A DNA stretch of 63,580 nt from a virus: positions 1 through 63,580 of the IMG/VR virus record IMGVR_UViG_3300025284_000001. One strand, 5' to 3'. Made by a program: the position numbers and the translations under genes. The notes under the pieces were generated by a model. It was not told the origin of the DNA, did not search any database, and saw only the letters and a list, made by a program, of their open reading frames with translations. Numbering within the stretch: the first letter of the stretch is position 1; each line of letters opens with the position of its first letter. Below are positions 44,640-52,129 of this stretch, one piece after another.

Positions 44640-45590
44640 TTACGCCGTCGTCACGAAGCAGCCGCAACCTCCGATATCATCTCTATCTATCTCCGCGCGT
44701 CTCTTCCCGTCCTCGTATATTTCACGAAGCCGCGAAAGAGAAAGTCTCTCAACTTTTTTGTTCCGAGTCCGCTTTAGGATCGTAACGTCCTTACCAAGGT
44801 GTTTTTGAATCTCTCTCTCCCTCTGCTCGTGGTATGCAAATTGTTCAGGAAAACGTTCGAGTAAATTTACGTAATGTCCTTGTCCTGCGCGTACACAAAA
44901 CCCGCCGCAGTTGTTGTGCGCGAAGCCGAGTCCGTAAAGTCGAGGTCGAGCAATTCCAACGAAATCTAAATGCGAAAGCATATCCGTTTTATCTATGTAT
45001 GGTTCGTCGCACATCGGAAACCTCACCAGATATGGTGACCAGTTTGCGACTGGAGCGGTAGTCCGATGATCCTCCGTCCAATCAATTCCGAGATACAAAA
45101 CGACGTCTGGCGCTTTATATTCGCGAATTCCATCCGAGCCTACCTCGACAAGCGGAAATGTTGATTTAACCCACTTTGCCGCGACTTCTTGCTTTAGCTT
45201 GTGTGAACACTGTGCCAATCTCGAATTGCCGAGATATCGCACGTTGAAAAACACGTCCCACGGAGTTCTCCCGTCAATCACCCAAACCAATCCGGGAATC
45301 AAACGCATTGCCTCCGACGCAATTTGCGGAATCAGTTGCTTCCGCAAATCTACGTCTGATTCGCTATGAATATCCGGAATCTCTTCGCATCGCGACAGAA
45401 GCTCGTCAGGTCGAGGCAAACCGTAGGCTTACGCGGTAGTTTCGATTAAGAAACGATATAGATCGCGATCCTCGATTAAGGTATCCGTAAATAGGTTGAT
45501 TACGTCGCCGGCCCCGTACTGAGCAATAATCCGCTGCAATGCCGACCAGCTTCCGATGCCACCCGAGTTGAAGTTTATATGTTTCGTCAA
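44640..45590 (-). pseudogene. PP-loop ATPase / PAPS-reductase-like gene interrupted by an in-frame TAA (45429-45431)
   Basis: TTG 45590 (AAAGGAG RBS) gives MTKHINFNSGGIGSWSAL...RFLIETTA then TAA, then the same frame continues AYG-LPRPDELL... as track ORF 44640..45419. Confidence 0.65.
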
Positions 45591-45771
45591 ATCGACGACT
45601 CCTTTCGTATCCCTTACGTTAGACCCCCGACTTCAAAAAATTGTGCGCAAGTTACAATCGTCTGTTGCAGCCCTCCGAAGCCACCCCTTTGGGGGGCTTT
45701 ATCGCGGTACAGTATTGACGTTTCGCACGAAAGGGGGTTTACCATTTCGTTGGCAATTCGTAATGATTACG

Positions 45772-46017
45772 TTATGCACCGTTTATGCAAGCACTTGTGC
45801 ACCAAATCCGGATTTTGACCTATAGTGTATCGTCATCAACCCGCATGGTTACGGCATTTATCAGAGTATGCATAAAGTACCGTTATGCAACGAATATTCA
45901 TTACCAGTGAATAGCGAAGCATATCCGCATAACCACGCGGTATCCCGCCGATTCTCTACGCGAGTCACTGGCAATTTATACAACGTGAGTAATACGAATG
46001 TCCGTTCGTTTATGCAA
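45772..46017 (+). repeat. CGTT(T)ATGCAA motif cluster 2
   Basis: 45772-79, 45782-90, 45883-90, 46009-17; weaker 45866-75; inverted copy at 46440-48. Confidence 0.7.
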
Positions 46018-46158
46018 TGGTTATACAGAACGCAGTCTCACGGAGAACTGCGTAGTTCCGTTGGATACCGATAAGTCAACGTCGACCCCCGTGAGTTTGG
46101 CGAGGGCTTCCGGTCTGACCTCTCTTGCAGATGAAACGCTAAGATCTCGGTAACCAAC

Positions 46159-46188
46159 GGATACCCTACGTATCCCACTCCGATACCC
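46159..46188 (+). repeat. GRTAYCC triple repeat at 10-12 bp spacing
   Basis: GGATACCC 46159-66, GTATCCC 46170-76, CGATACCC 46181-88; related copies near 45940 and 46063. Confidence 0.6.
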
Positions 46189-46278
46189 ATCGCTTCCTAT
46201 ATAAATACCGTTGAATCAACGCATACTTAACGCAGGTTACACTCGCTTGCTTATGCCTTAAAATCCACGTCAAATAAG

Positions 46279-46415
46279 CCGCTTAATCTCTCGCGAATAG
46301 GAACGTACCTAAACGGGAATCAAGCGGTTAATCTGACGGGAATCATACGGGATAATCATGCGTATACTAACGGCAATCACTCCGTTAATCATCCGCGAAT
46401 CATCCGTACAATCTA
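46279..46415 (+). repeat. Iteron-like array: nine CG-N2-3-AATC(A) units, mostly 11-13 bp apart
   Basis: AATC at 46285, 46318, 46330, 46341, 46354, 46375, 46387, 46398, 46410. Confidence 0.7.
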
Positions 46416-46667
46416 TCGTTGTAAAGTGTAGGTATAACGTTGCATTTACGTAGAGCTGGTAAGCTCATCGATAATGCAAAGATAAAAGATAGCCTGCGCG
46501 CCAAGGCGCTCGGCAATGTATTTACTTAATACTTTCCTCGCGTTCTCTTTATCGCGCGAAGAATTATTTATACCTAACCTGTTCGCGAGGAATAGTGTTC
46601 TTCTATTCCGAGTGCTATGTTTTGTTTCTCTTTTACTACTTGCTATTTTACTTCTTTCTATCTTTAC

Positions 46668-46709
46668 ACATCCGATATAGCATGTACCGTAACATCCGAT
46701 AACGGATGT
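46668..46709. repeat. ACATCCGAT half-sites including palindrome ACATCCG-ATAA-CGGATGT
   Basis: 46668-76 direct copy; perfect 7-bp-arm palindrome at 46692-46709. Confidence 0.65.
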
Positions 46710-46830
46710 ACTGATGCGTCCGTTATTGGACGTTAGGAAGACGTGTATAAGATAAGAATCAATTTCTCGATTTTTACGAGAAAAACGCCGAAATCCCTTT
46801 CTACGTAAGGCTTGCGAGGTTTTACGTCGT

Positions 46831-46884
46831 GTGCAAAAAAGGGTACCTAATTGGCCGATATCGTGCAAAAAAGGGTACCTAATT
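46831..46884 (+). repeat. 22-bp perfect direct repeat GTGCAAAAAAGGGTACCTAATT x2
   Basis: 46831-52 and 46863-84; the second copy covers the stop codon of the Rep-like gene. Confidence 0.85.
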
Positions 46885-47748
46885 TTCGTTAGGCACTCGA
46901 TAGCTTGCGAACATTGCACGTAAAGTTGCGTCAGGTTCACCGCTCTTACGATAGAAAACGTATGGATTAAGTACCGTTAGCTTCTCGCGCTTGTCCTCTA
47001 CGTTAATCCATTCGCCAATAATCTTCGCTTTACGCAAGCGCGTCAGCGCCTCTTTCGTCTTGGACTCGGTTAGACCGACTATATCCCCGATCTCCTTATC
47101 CGGAAGGAAACGGATATCTTCAGGAGCAACGAAAGGATCAGCGCATACCATGTTCGTTTCGTAATGAACGTGCTCTAACAACTTGAAGACGAATCCGAAA
47201 TCTGCCGCGCTAAGTTTGAACTTACGTAGCGGAGAGAAAAACGTCTTAATCAACGCATCTACTCCGTTAGCTTTGTCGCGAAAGTGATAACGCTCGTTTA
47301 TCGAAAAAACTCCGTCAACATCGAAAATGATGCTGCGGAGTTCAAATTCGCGGATTGCCGCTTGAGCCGTTCGTTTGGACACTTTCCATACCTTCGCGAT
47401 GTCTTGGACAGTTAATGGACGCGGCGTCCTTCCTTGCTCGACGAGTCTTCCCGTCTTATATTCGATATGCGGCTGTAACAAGAGCAAATAACCGCAATAT
47501 TTATTCGATAGTTCTCGCGTAATCTCTCGGATATTATGCATGTGTGTAAACGAGAAATCCCGTTTGTCTCGGCTTACTTGTGCGCGACGTCTACCGGCTT
47601 CTATCGATTCCATCGACTGGATACGATATATCCTTCCGTATGTATCTCGCGCATATCCGTTAGTTCCAACTGGCGTAAGCGTACCGACCGGCGCTTCCCT
47701 TCGAATGTCTCGTACTCGTTTCGCCAATTGCGCATTATTCATCGGCAT
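46879..47748 (-). CDS. Rep-like protein with two winged-helix-like segments (tentative replication initiator)
   Basis: 289 aa; VSKRTAQAAIREFELRSII and TESKTKEALTRLRKAKIIGEW; adjoins the iteron hub. Confidence 0.45.
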   Translation of the reverse strand: MPMNNAQLAKRVRDIRREAPVGTLTPVGTNGYARDTYGRIYRIQSMESIEAGRRRAQVSRDKRDFSFTHMHNIREITRELSNKYCGYLLLLQPHIEYKTGRLVEQGRTPRPLTVQDIAKVWKVSKRTAQAAIREFELRSIIFDVDGVFSINERYHFRDKANGVDALIKTFFSPLRKFKLSAADFGFVFKLLEHVHYETNMVCADPFVAPEDIRFLPDKEIGDIVGLTESKTKEALTRLRKAKIIGEWINVEDKREKLTVLNPYVFYRKSGEPDATLRAMFASYRVPNEN

Positions 47749-47899
47749 TCATCACCTTAATCGCGCTTTCCAATTCGCGAAGAGTTACCGTTAGATGCTT
47801 TGCCTCACGCGCTAACGCCTTTAATCCCGTGAGTGCTTCCGAAACGTCAACGTTTACCTTTAGTGTTAAGTCGCTTAATTCGCGAGAAGATTCCGCCAT
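47735..47899 (-). CDS. small coiled-coil protein (54 aa)
   Basis: ATG 47899; MAESSRELSDLTLKVNVDVSEALTGLKALAREAKHLTVTLRELESAIKV...; overlaps the Rep-like start. Confidence 0.4.
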   Translation of the reverse strand: MAESSRELSDLTLKVNVDVSEALTGLKALAREAKHLTVTLRELESAIKVMNADE

Positions 47900-47930
47900 T
47901 TACAACGCCTGCCTTTCGAATAGTTTGCGA

Positions 47931-48033
47931 AGAAGCGCAGGGACTCGAACCCTAACGCACGCCGACCGTGAACGCCGCCCCATTTCGTTTCTTGTCGGAT
48001 TCGAACCGACACAGGAGCGAGCCAGCAGAAACG
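47931..48033 (-). ncRNA. Two tandem tRNA-like minihelices (T-arm plus acceptor-like stem, no D or anticodon arms)
   Basis: Minus sense CGTTTCT-16 nt-GTCGG TTCGAAT CCGAC-A-AGAAACG, then ...TAGGG TTCGAGT CCCTG CGCTTCT. Confidence 0.4.
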
Positions 48034-48068
48034 CAAAAAGACCCAACCAGAGATAATCCGATCGGGTC
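48034..48068 (-). terminator. Intrinsic terminator after 48135..48827
   Basis: Minus sense GACCCGATC-11 nt-GGTTGGGTC (9 bp with 2 G-U) followed by TTTTTG. Confidence 0.6.
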
Positions 48069-48134
48069 AATATGTCTTTCTATAATACATAGCCAAGTTA
48101 AGGGCAAAAAGGCAACCTATCCTGCGTAAATAAT

Positions 48135-48827
48135 TTATATTTTTCCTAGCGCGCGACATCCGATGACTCGGCCTTGCTCGTCACGAACGATGTCATCCGG
48201 AATGAATATGTCATCTCTGTCCGGAACAGCTTGTGCGGTAATGGACGATACAATATAAATCGTGTCCTTCTGCGGTTTAGGTAGTCCTTGGACAGCTCCG
48301 AATCTCGTACGGTAAATTTGAATCCCGTTGATTGTTCCGTAATGCTCTCGTGTTGTTGTCGCGCGAGCTTCTCCAGATGACGGAATTGACGTGATCTCTC
48401 CGTCAGAGCCGTCTGGCATTATGTTGATCGTGTGCGGCGTTAAGTTGACGATATCTACCGCCTCTTGTGCGTGGAGTCCGCGAAGAGTGCGGATTATTTC
48501 GTCGATACTTTCGATGTCCGCCGTCATTCCTACGCCAATGCCTACGAACATATAGTATGGAGCTTCGTCGTCGCGTCGGGCATAATAGAACGATAGTACG
48601 AGATCGCCGAGGACATCGTCGTATCTTTCCGTATCTAACAACCAAGATTCGCCGTCACTGTCTCCGTCCCAATACATTTGAAGGCTCTTTCCGACCAATT
48701 CAACGATACTCTTCCGGTGGCGCTTCTTCAGTTCGGAAAACTCCGTTTCTCCTTCGCGGATGATGACTGACTTAATATATTCGAGAACACCGATAATCAA
48801 CTCGACTTGCACTTTCGGACTTTTCAT
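48135..48827 (-). CDS. hypothetical protein (230 aa)
   Basis: ORF track; C-terminal LTPHTINI...GLPKPQKDTIYIVSS...VRDEQGRVIGCRAL resembles a family seen in many phages, function unknown. Confidence 0.65.
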   Translation of the reverse strand: MKSPKVQVELIIGVLEYIKSVIIREGETEFSELKKRHRKSIVELVGKSLQMYWDGDSDGESWLLDTERYDDVLGDLVLSFYYARRDDEAPYYMFVGIGVGMTADIESIDEIIRTLRGLHAQEAVDIVNLTPHTINIMPDGSDGEITSIPSSGEARATTTREHYGTINGIQIYRTRFGAVQGLPKPQKDTIYIVSSITAQAVPDRDDIFIPDDIVRDEQGRVIGCRALGKI

Positions 48828-49105
48828 ATACGCACGCTCCTCGATAATAGTATGCGGATATCCGCGACCATCCCGGCGTCTGCCGGTAGGTTTCGTCCCG
48901 TTCCGTCCAGGACTCGTCAGGCGGCGCGAGGTAGTCGTTATACATTTTCCACTTCGATAGTATCGATCTTTTCGAGGAGATTCGTTAATTCCAGTTTCCG
49001 TCTGTCTGATGAACTTTCTTCGCGCATCTTTTTAATTGCGACTTGTAACAAATACACGTCTCTTGAGTTAAGTGTAGCACCCGACCTTACCTAACAGCCT
49101 CCTAG

Positions 49106-49192
49106 CTATTCTTTATCTTTGAAAACATACACCAACGCGACAATACTCAAAATCAATGCTGCAAGCGAAATACCTAATGTGATCAAATCCAT
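49106..49192 (-). CDS. 28-aa hydrophobic peptide (holin-like / type I toxin-like)
   Basis: ATG 49192 with AGGAGG 10 nt upstream; MDLITLGISLAALILSIVALVYVFKDKE. Confidence 0.5.
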   Translation of the reverse strand: MDLITLGISLAALILSIVALVYVFKDKE

Positions 49193-49317
49193 GCTTGTCC
49201 AACCTCCTGCATATATTGATCTGAGGTGAGGTTAGTGATAAGATTTGGAGAGAGGCCATCTTGCGGACTGACCTCTCCGGTACTTACTTTGCGTGGGGCG
49301 CAACGATAAGTACCTTT

Positions 49318-49401
49318 TTACTTTTTACGGCTATTGCGAAACAAGATGAATGCAGTAACACACTGGATGATCGCCGTAATCAGTTGAACCAAATCTTTCA
49401 C
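49318..49401 (-). CDS. 27-aa Fst-like hydrophobic peptide (type I toxin-like)
   Basis: GTG 49401 with GGAGGTGA 7 nt upstream; (M)KDLVQLITAIIQCVTAFILFRNSRKK. Confidence 0.5.
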   Translation of the reverse strand: MKDLVQLITAIIQCVTAFILFRNSRKK

Positions 49402-49453
49402 TTGTCCTCACCTCCATCTGTTCGGTGACCCGTTTAACGTATCACCTATATAT

Positions 49454-49482
49454 AATATAACATGACCCTTTTAGCGTGTCAA
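49454..49482 (-). promoter_or_regulatory. sigma-A promoter TTGACA-17-TATATT (leftward, early operon)
   Basis: -35 = revcomp 49477-82, inside the palindrome; -10 = revcomp 49454-59. Confidence 0.6.
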
Positions 49483-49496
49483 TGTTTATTTGACAC
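49476..49496. promoter_or_regulatory. Operator palindrome GTGTCAA-TGTTTAT-TTGACAC
   Basis: Perfect 7-bp arms; each arm supplies the -35 TTGACA of one divergent promoter. Confidence 0.65.
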
Positions 49497-49518
49497 TTTT
49501 TCCGTATCAAGATATATT
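49490..49518 (+). promoter_or_regulatory. sigma-A promoter TTGACA-17-TATATT (rightward, Cro-like gene)
   Basis: -35 at 49490-95, -10 at 49513-18, then AGGAGG and ATG 49539. Confidence 0.65.
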
Positions 49519-49538
49519 TTCAATAGGAGGTCAATAGC

Positions 49539-49748
49539 ATGTCAGTAATAAAATCGAATCTTAAGTTTTTTGTTGATAAAAAAGGAATATCAGTTAGACA
49601 GGTGGCGCGGGATATAGATTACCGACTAGAGTCCGTACAAAATATGTACAACGACACTATGGAGAGATATCCTCGCGAGCTGTTAGTCAAATTGTGCACG
49701 TATTTTGATTGTGAAATAAACGAGCTATTAGTAATAGATGATAATTAG
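49539..49748 (+). CDS. Cro/XRE-like HTH regulator
   Basis: 69 aa; KGISVRQVARDIDYRLESVQNMYN HTH. Confidence 0.75.
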   Translation: MSVIKSNLKFFVDKKGISVRQVARDIDYRLESVQNMYNDTMERYPRELLVKLCTYFDCEINELLVIDDN

Positions 49749-49784
49749 AGCCGCGGAGATGACCCGAGGCTCTTTTCGTTTTAT

Positions 49785-50330
49785 CTATCCGGTTGCCCAA
49801 CGTTCGCCAAGTCCGCGACAACCCACGAAGTCATCCGCAAACGCTCCGCCGGTATCGCGCAGATTGTACGAGATCACCGCCCCTGGCGAAGTGTCTCGTT
49901 TGTACTGCGCGCTGCGTTTCCGGTTCTTAATCTGCGCAAGTTTATCGACGAATCTTGATTCCTTCGCAGTCCTACGTCGTCTAATCGGAGTCGCGCGATT
50001 CCTTCCTTCTGTATCGTGATTCTCCGCGATTTCTAATCCGCATTCCCGTTCGAATCGGCGCGCCATTTGGCGCTCGCTTAGAATCGGATACTCATCGTTT
50101 ATCTTATCCGTCCGCATATCCCCTTCGAGTTCTTCGAATAGGATGTAGGCCGTTAATTGTTCGAGAATGCCACCATCTGGCCGCTCACCTATTTGCGCTA
50201 CATACTCGGCAATCAGCGCTTGTACTGCCGCCATGCGCTCGTCTCTGTCTTCGACCATTGCGTCAATCAAACGCGTTGCCGCGCGTTCGAAAGCCGCTTT
50301 GTAATCGGAATCCCCTCGGAATGTTGTCAA
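49785..50330 (-). CDS. hypothetical protein (181 aa), basic C-terminal half
   Basis: ORF track; ATGA-type overlap with the methyltransferase gene. Confidence 0.6.
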   Translation of the reverse strand: MTTFRGDSDYKAAFERAATRLIDAMVEDRDERMAAVQALIAEYVAQIGERPDGGILEQLTAYILFEELEGDMRTDKINDEYPILSERQMARRFERECGLEIAENHDTEGRNRATPIRRRRTAKESRFVDKLAQIKNRKRSAQYKRDTSPGAVISYNLRDTGGAFADDFVGCRGLGERWATG

Positions 50331-51724
50331 ATAACCGCCTCCACTCGTTGATTTTCCGAAGCCTGTCCGTTGCCGCCGACAGACTCCGTTAGTAACCGCT
50401 GTATCAAACGCCTGCTTGTCGCGCTGATAACGTTAACTGTGACGGCATTCCCCGCCTGCTTATACAATTGCGAATCGCTCACGCCAGCAGCTCGTACCTT
50501 ATCGAACTGCGCGTCGGTAAATCCTTGTAGACGCCAACACTCACGAGGTGTAAGCTTACGAATGCGATAACGTGGCTTTTCAAGTAACGCATGCTCTATC
50601 GTTTGCGTTGCAGTAACACAATTAGATAACCCATCTGTGCGCGGAACTATGACTTTGCCGCGTCTCGGCGAGAAATCACGGCCAAGTTTTCGAGACTCCC
50701 TTCGAATAGCTTTCGCCTCTTCCGACCGTCTTTCCGTGAGTGCGCACGCTTCAATTACGTGAGTTCTACGCCCCTTACCAACGTCTCTGGGCGAAGTTCC
50801 TTTCGCGTAACTTGCGTCTACTGTATAAGCTACACCAGAACCATCCGAATATTGTTGCAATTGAGGTTCCGCAATCTTTTGTGCACGCCCACCTCCACTA
50901 ACGACTGTGAGCGTAGGCGCGACGCCATAGACATCATACACGCGATTCATTTGATCGTTACCGTAGTGTTCGAGTGAACCGAAAATTACAGGGCTGGTCG
51001 AGTCATTCCGTTCGTTGAGTTGCTCGATAAGTTTCACTGTCTTCTCCTCGGACAGGTAGTATTTCTCGTCGACCTCCGATTCTAGGACATCTCGCAGGCG
51101 TTTAGTAACCGCGCTATTAGTCGGCCAATCGAAATTAAACGTTTTAACACCTAACGCCTGGATGCGTTTTTTCGCCTTGGATACAACGTCCTTACCTTCG
51201 ATATCCCACGGCTCATGCTGTGTGTCACGAGCACATGCGAGGATTATTCTTTCGCGATTTTGCGGAACGCCGAAGTATTTCGAGTTCAACACCACGAAGT
51301 CAATCGCGTATCCGATATCGTTGAGTGCTTGCGCCATAACTTCGATAGTACGTCCTTTGTCGTGTGACAATAAGCCTTTCACATTCTCAAGGAGCATCAT
51401 TCTCGGACGTTTCTCTTTCGCGATACGTGCAATTTCGAAGAATAATGTTCCGCGAGTGTCATCAAACCCCTTACGCTGTCCTGCGACGCTGAATGCCTGA
51501 CAAGGAAACCCCGCCACAAGCAAGTCGTGATCCGGAATTGTTCGCGCGTCAATCTTCGTTATGTCGCCGCGTAGTTCTGGAGCTCCGTCGTACAACGCTT
51601 TGTACGACTGTTGCGCGAATCTATCGATTTCACACGCGAAGACGCACCGGCCGCCTAGCTCGTCCAACGCAGAACGGAAGCCACCAATTCCCGCGAACAA
51701 TTCGATATAGTCGAATCTACTCAC
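50327..51724 (-). CDS. DNA (cytosine-5)-methyltransferase
   Basis: Motif I FAGIGGF, IV GFPCQAFS, VI LLENVKGL, X YKQAGNAV; long variable region. Confidence 0.9.
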   Translation of the reverse strand: MSRFDYIELFAGIGGFRSALDELGGRCVFACEIDRFAQQSYKALYDGAPELRGDITKIDARTIPDHDLLVAGFPCQAFSVAGQRKGFDDTRGTLFFEIARIAKEKRPRMMLLENVKGLLSHDKGRTIEVMAQALNDIGYAIDFVVLNSKYFGVPQNRERIILACARDTQHEPWDIEGKDVVSKAKKRIQALGVKTFNFDWPTNSAVTKRLRDVLESEVDEKYYLSEEKTVKLIEQLNERNDSTSPVIFGSLEHYGNDQMNRVYDVYGVAPTLTVVSGGGRAQKIAEPQLQQYSDGSGVAYTVDASYAKGTSPRDVGKGRRTHVIEACALTERRSEEAKAIRRESRKLGRDFSPRRGKVIVPRTDGLSNCVTATQTIEHALLEKPRYRIRKLTPRECWRLQGFTDAQFDKVRAAGVSDSQLYKQAGNAVTVNVISATSRRLIQRLLTESVGGNGQASENQRVEAVI

Positions 51725-52118
51725 GCAATCCCTCCGCTTCCTCTACCGCCATATCAGCGCATACCTCGCCGTAATCCCAATCGCGAAAGACTCTCGCAAT
51801 CTTCCTACATGCTTCCGAGTTAAACTTCGTTACGGCTTGCCTTGTAACGGACATCTCTTCCGCAGACTCTTCGTGGGTCAAACCACATCCGTATAGATAC
51901 GTAATGGCTTCCGCTTGCCGCCTCGATAGTTTCGCTCGGTCGATAGCTTCGTTTAGATCGATGATGATGTCGCATGCGACGTAATCGCCGGTAAACCTAC
52001 GTGCGGCAATCTTATGCCGGTCGCGAAGCAACTTCTCGACTCCTTTCGAAGTGTTTAACGCGTATGATTGCGTGTACTTGCGGGAATCCTTCGCAATGTC
52101 GACTTTTACTGCGCCCAT
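51717..52118 (-). CDS. sigma-70 region-4-like transcription regulator (late activator candidate)
   Basis: 133 aa; LSRRQAEAITYLYGCGLTHEESAEEMSVTRQAVTKFNSEACRKI. Confidence 0.5.
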   Translation of the reverse strand: MGAVKVDIAKDSRKYTQSYALNTSKGVEKLLRDRHKIAARRFTGDYVACDIIIDLNEAIDRAKLSRRQAEAITYLYGCGLTHEESAEEMSVTRQAVTKFNSEACRKIARVFRDWDYGEVCADMAVEEAEGLRE

Positions 52119-52129
52119 TAAACCGCCTC

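Noticed and set aside
45556-46074. Plus-strand ORFs 45556..45825, 45579..45818 and 45868..46074.
   Set aside because: They have no ribosome-binding sites, they overlap one another, and they lie across the motif clusters on the strand opposite to all neighbouring genes. I treat the region as non-coding.
46279-46415. A CRISPR-like array.
   Set aside because: The units are only about 10 bp long, have an 11-13 bp period and are degenerate. There are no unique spacers of CRISPR size and no cas genes.
46446-46940. A 164-aa minus-strand ORF in the track that covers the repeat hub.
   Set aside because: It overlaps the Rep-like gene out of frame and has no ribosome-binding site. Its composition is odd (Cys/Arg/Ser rich). 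It runs through the palindromes and direct repeats, so it looks like a by-product of repeat DNA.
47931-48033. Two bona fide tRNA genes, suggested by perfect GGTTCGAATCC and GGTTCGAGTCC T-loops.
   Set aside because: Only 16-31 nt separate the acceptor-like strand from each T-stem. No D-arm or anticodon stem-loop can be drawn. I kept the region as tRNA-like minihelices, not tRNA genes.
47829-48056. A 75-aa plus-strand ORF over the tRNA-like region.
   Set aside because: It lies opposite the transcribed strand, has no ribosome-binding site, and overlaps the small coiled-coil ORF and the minihelices.
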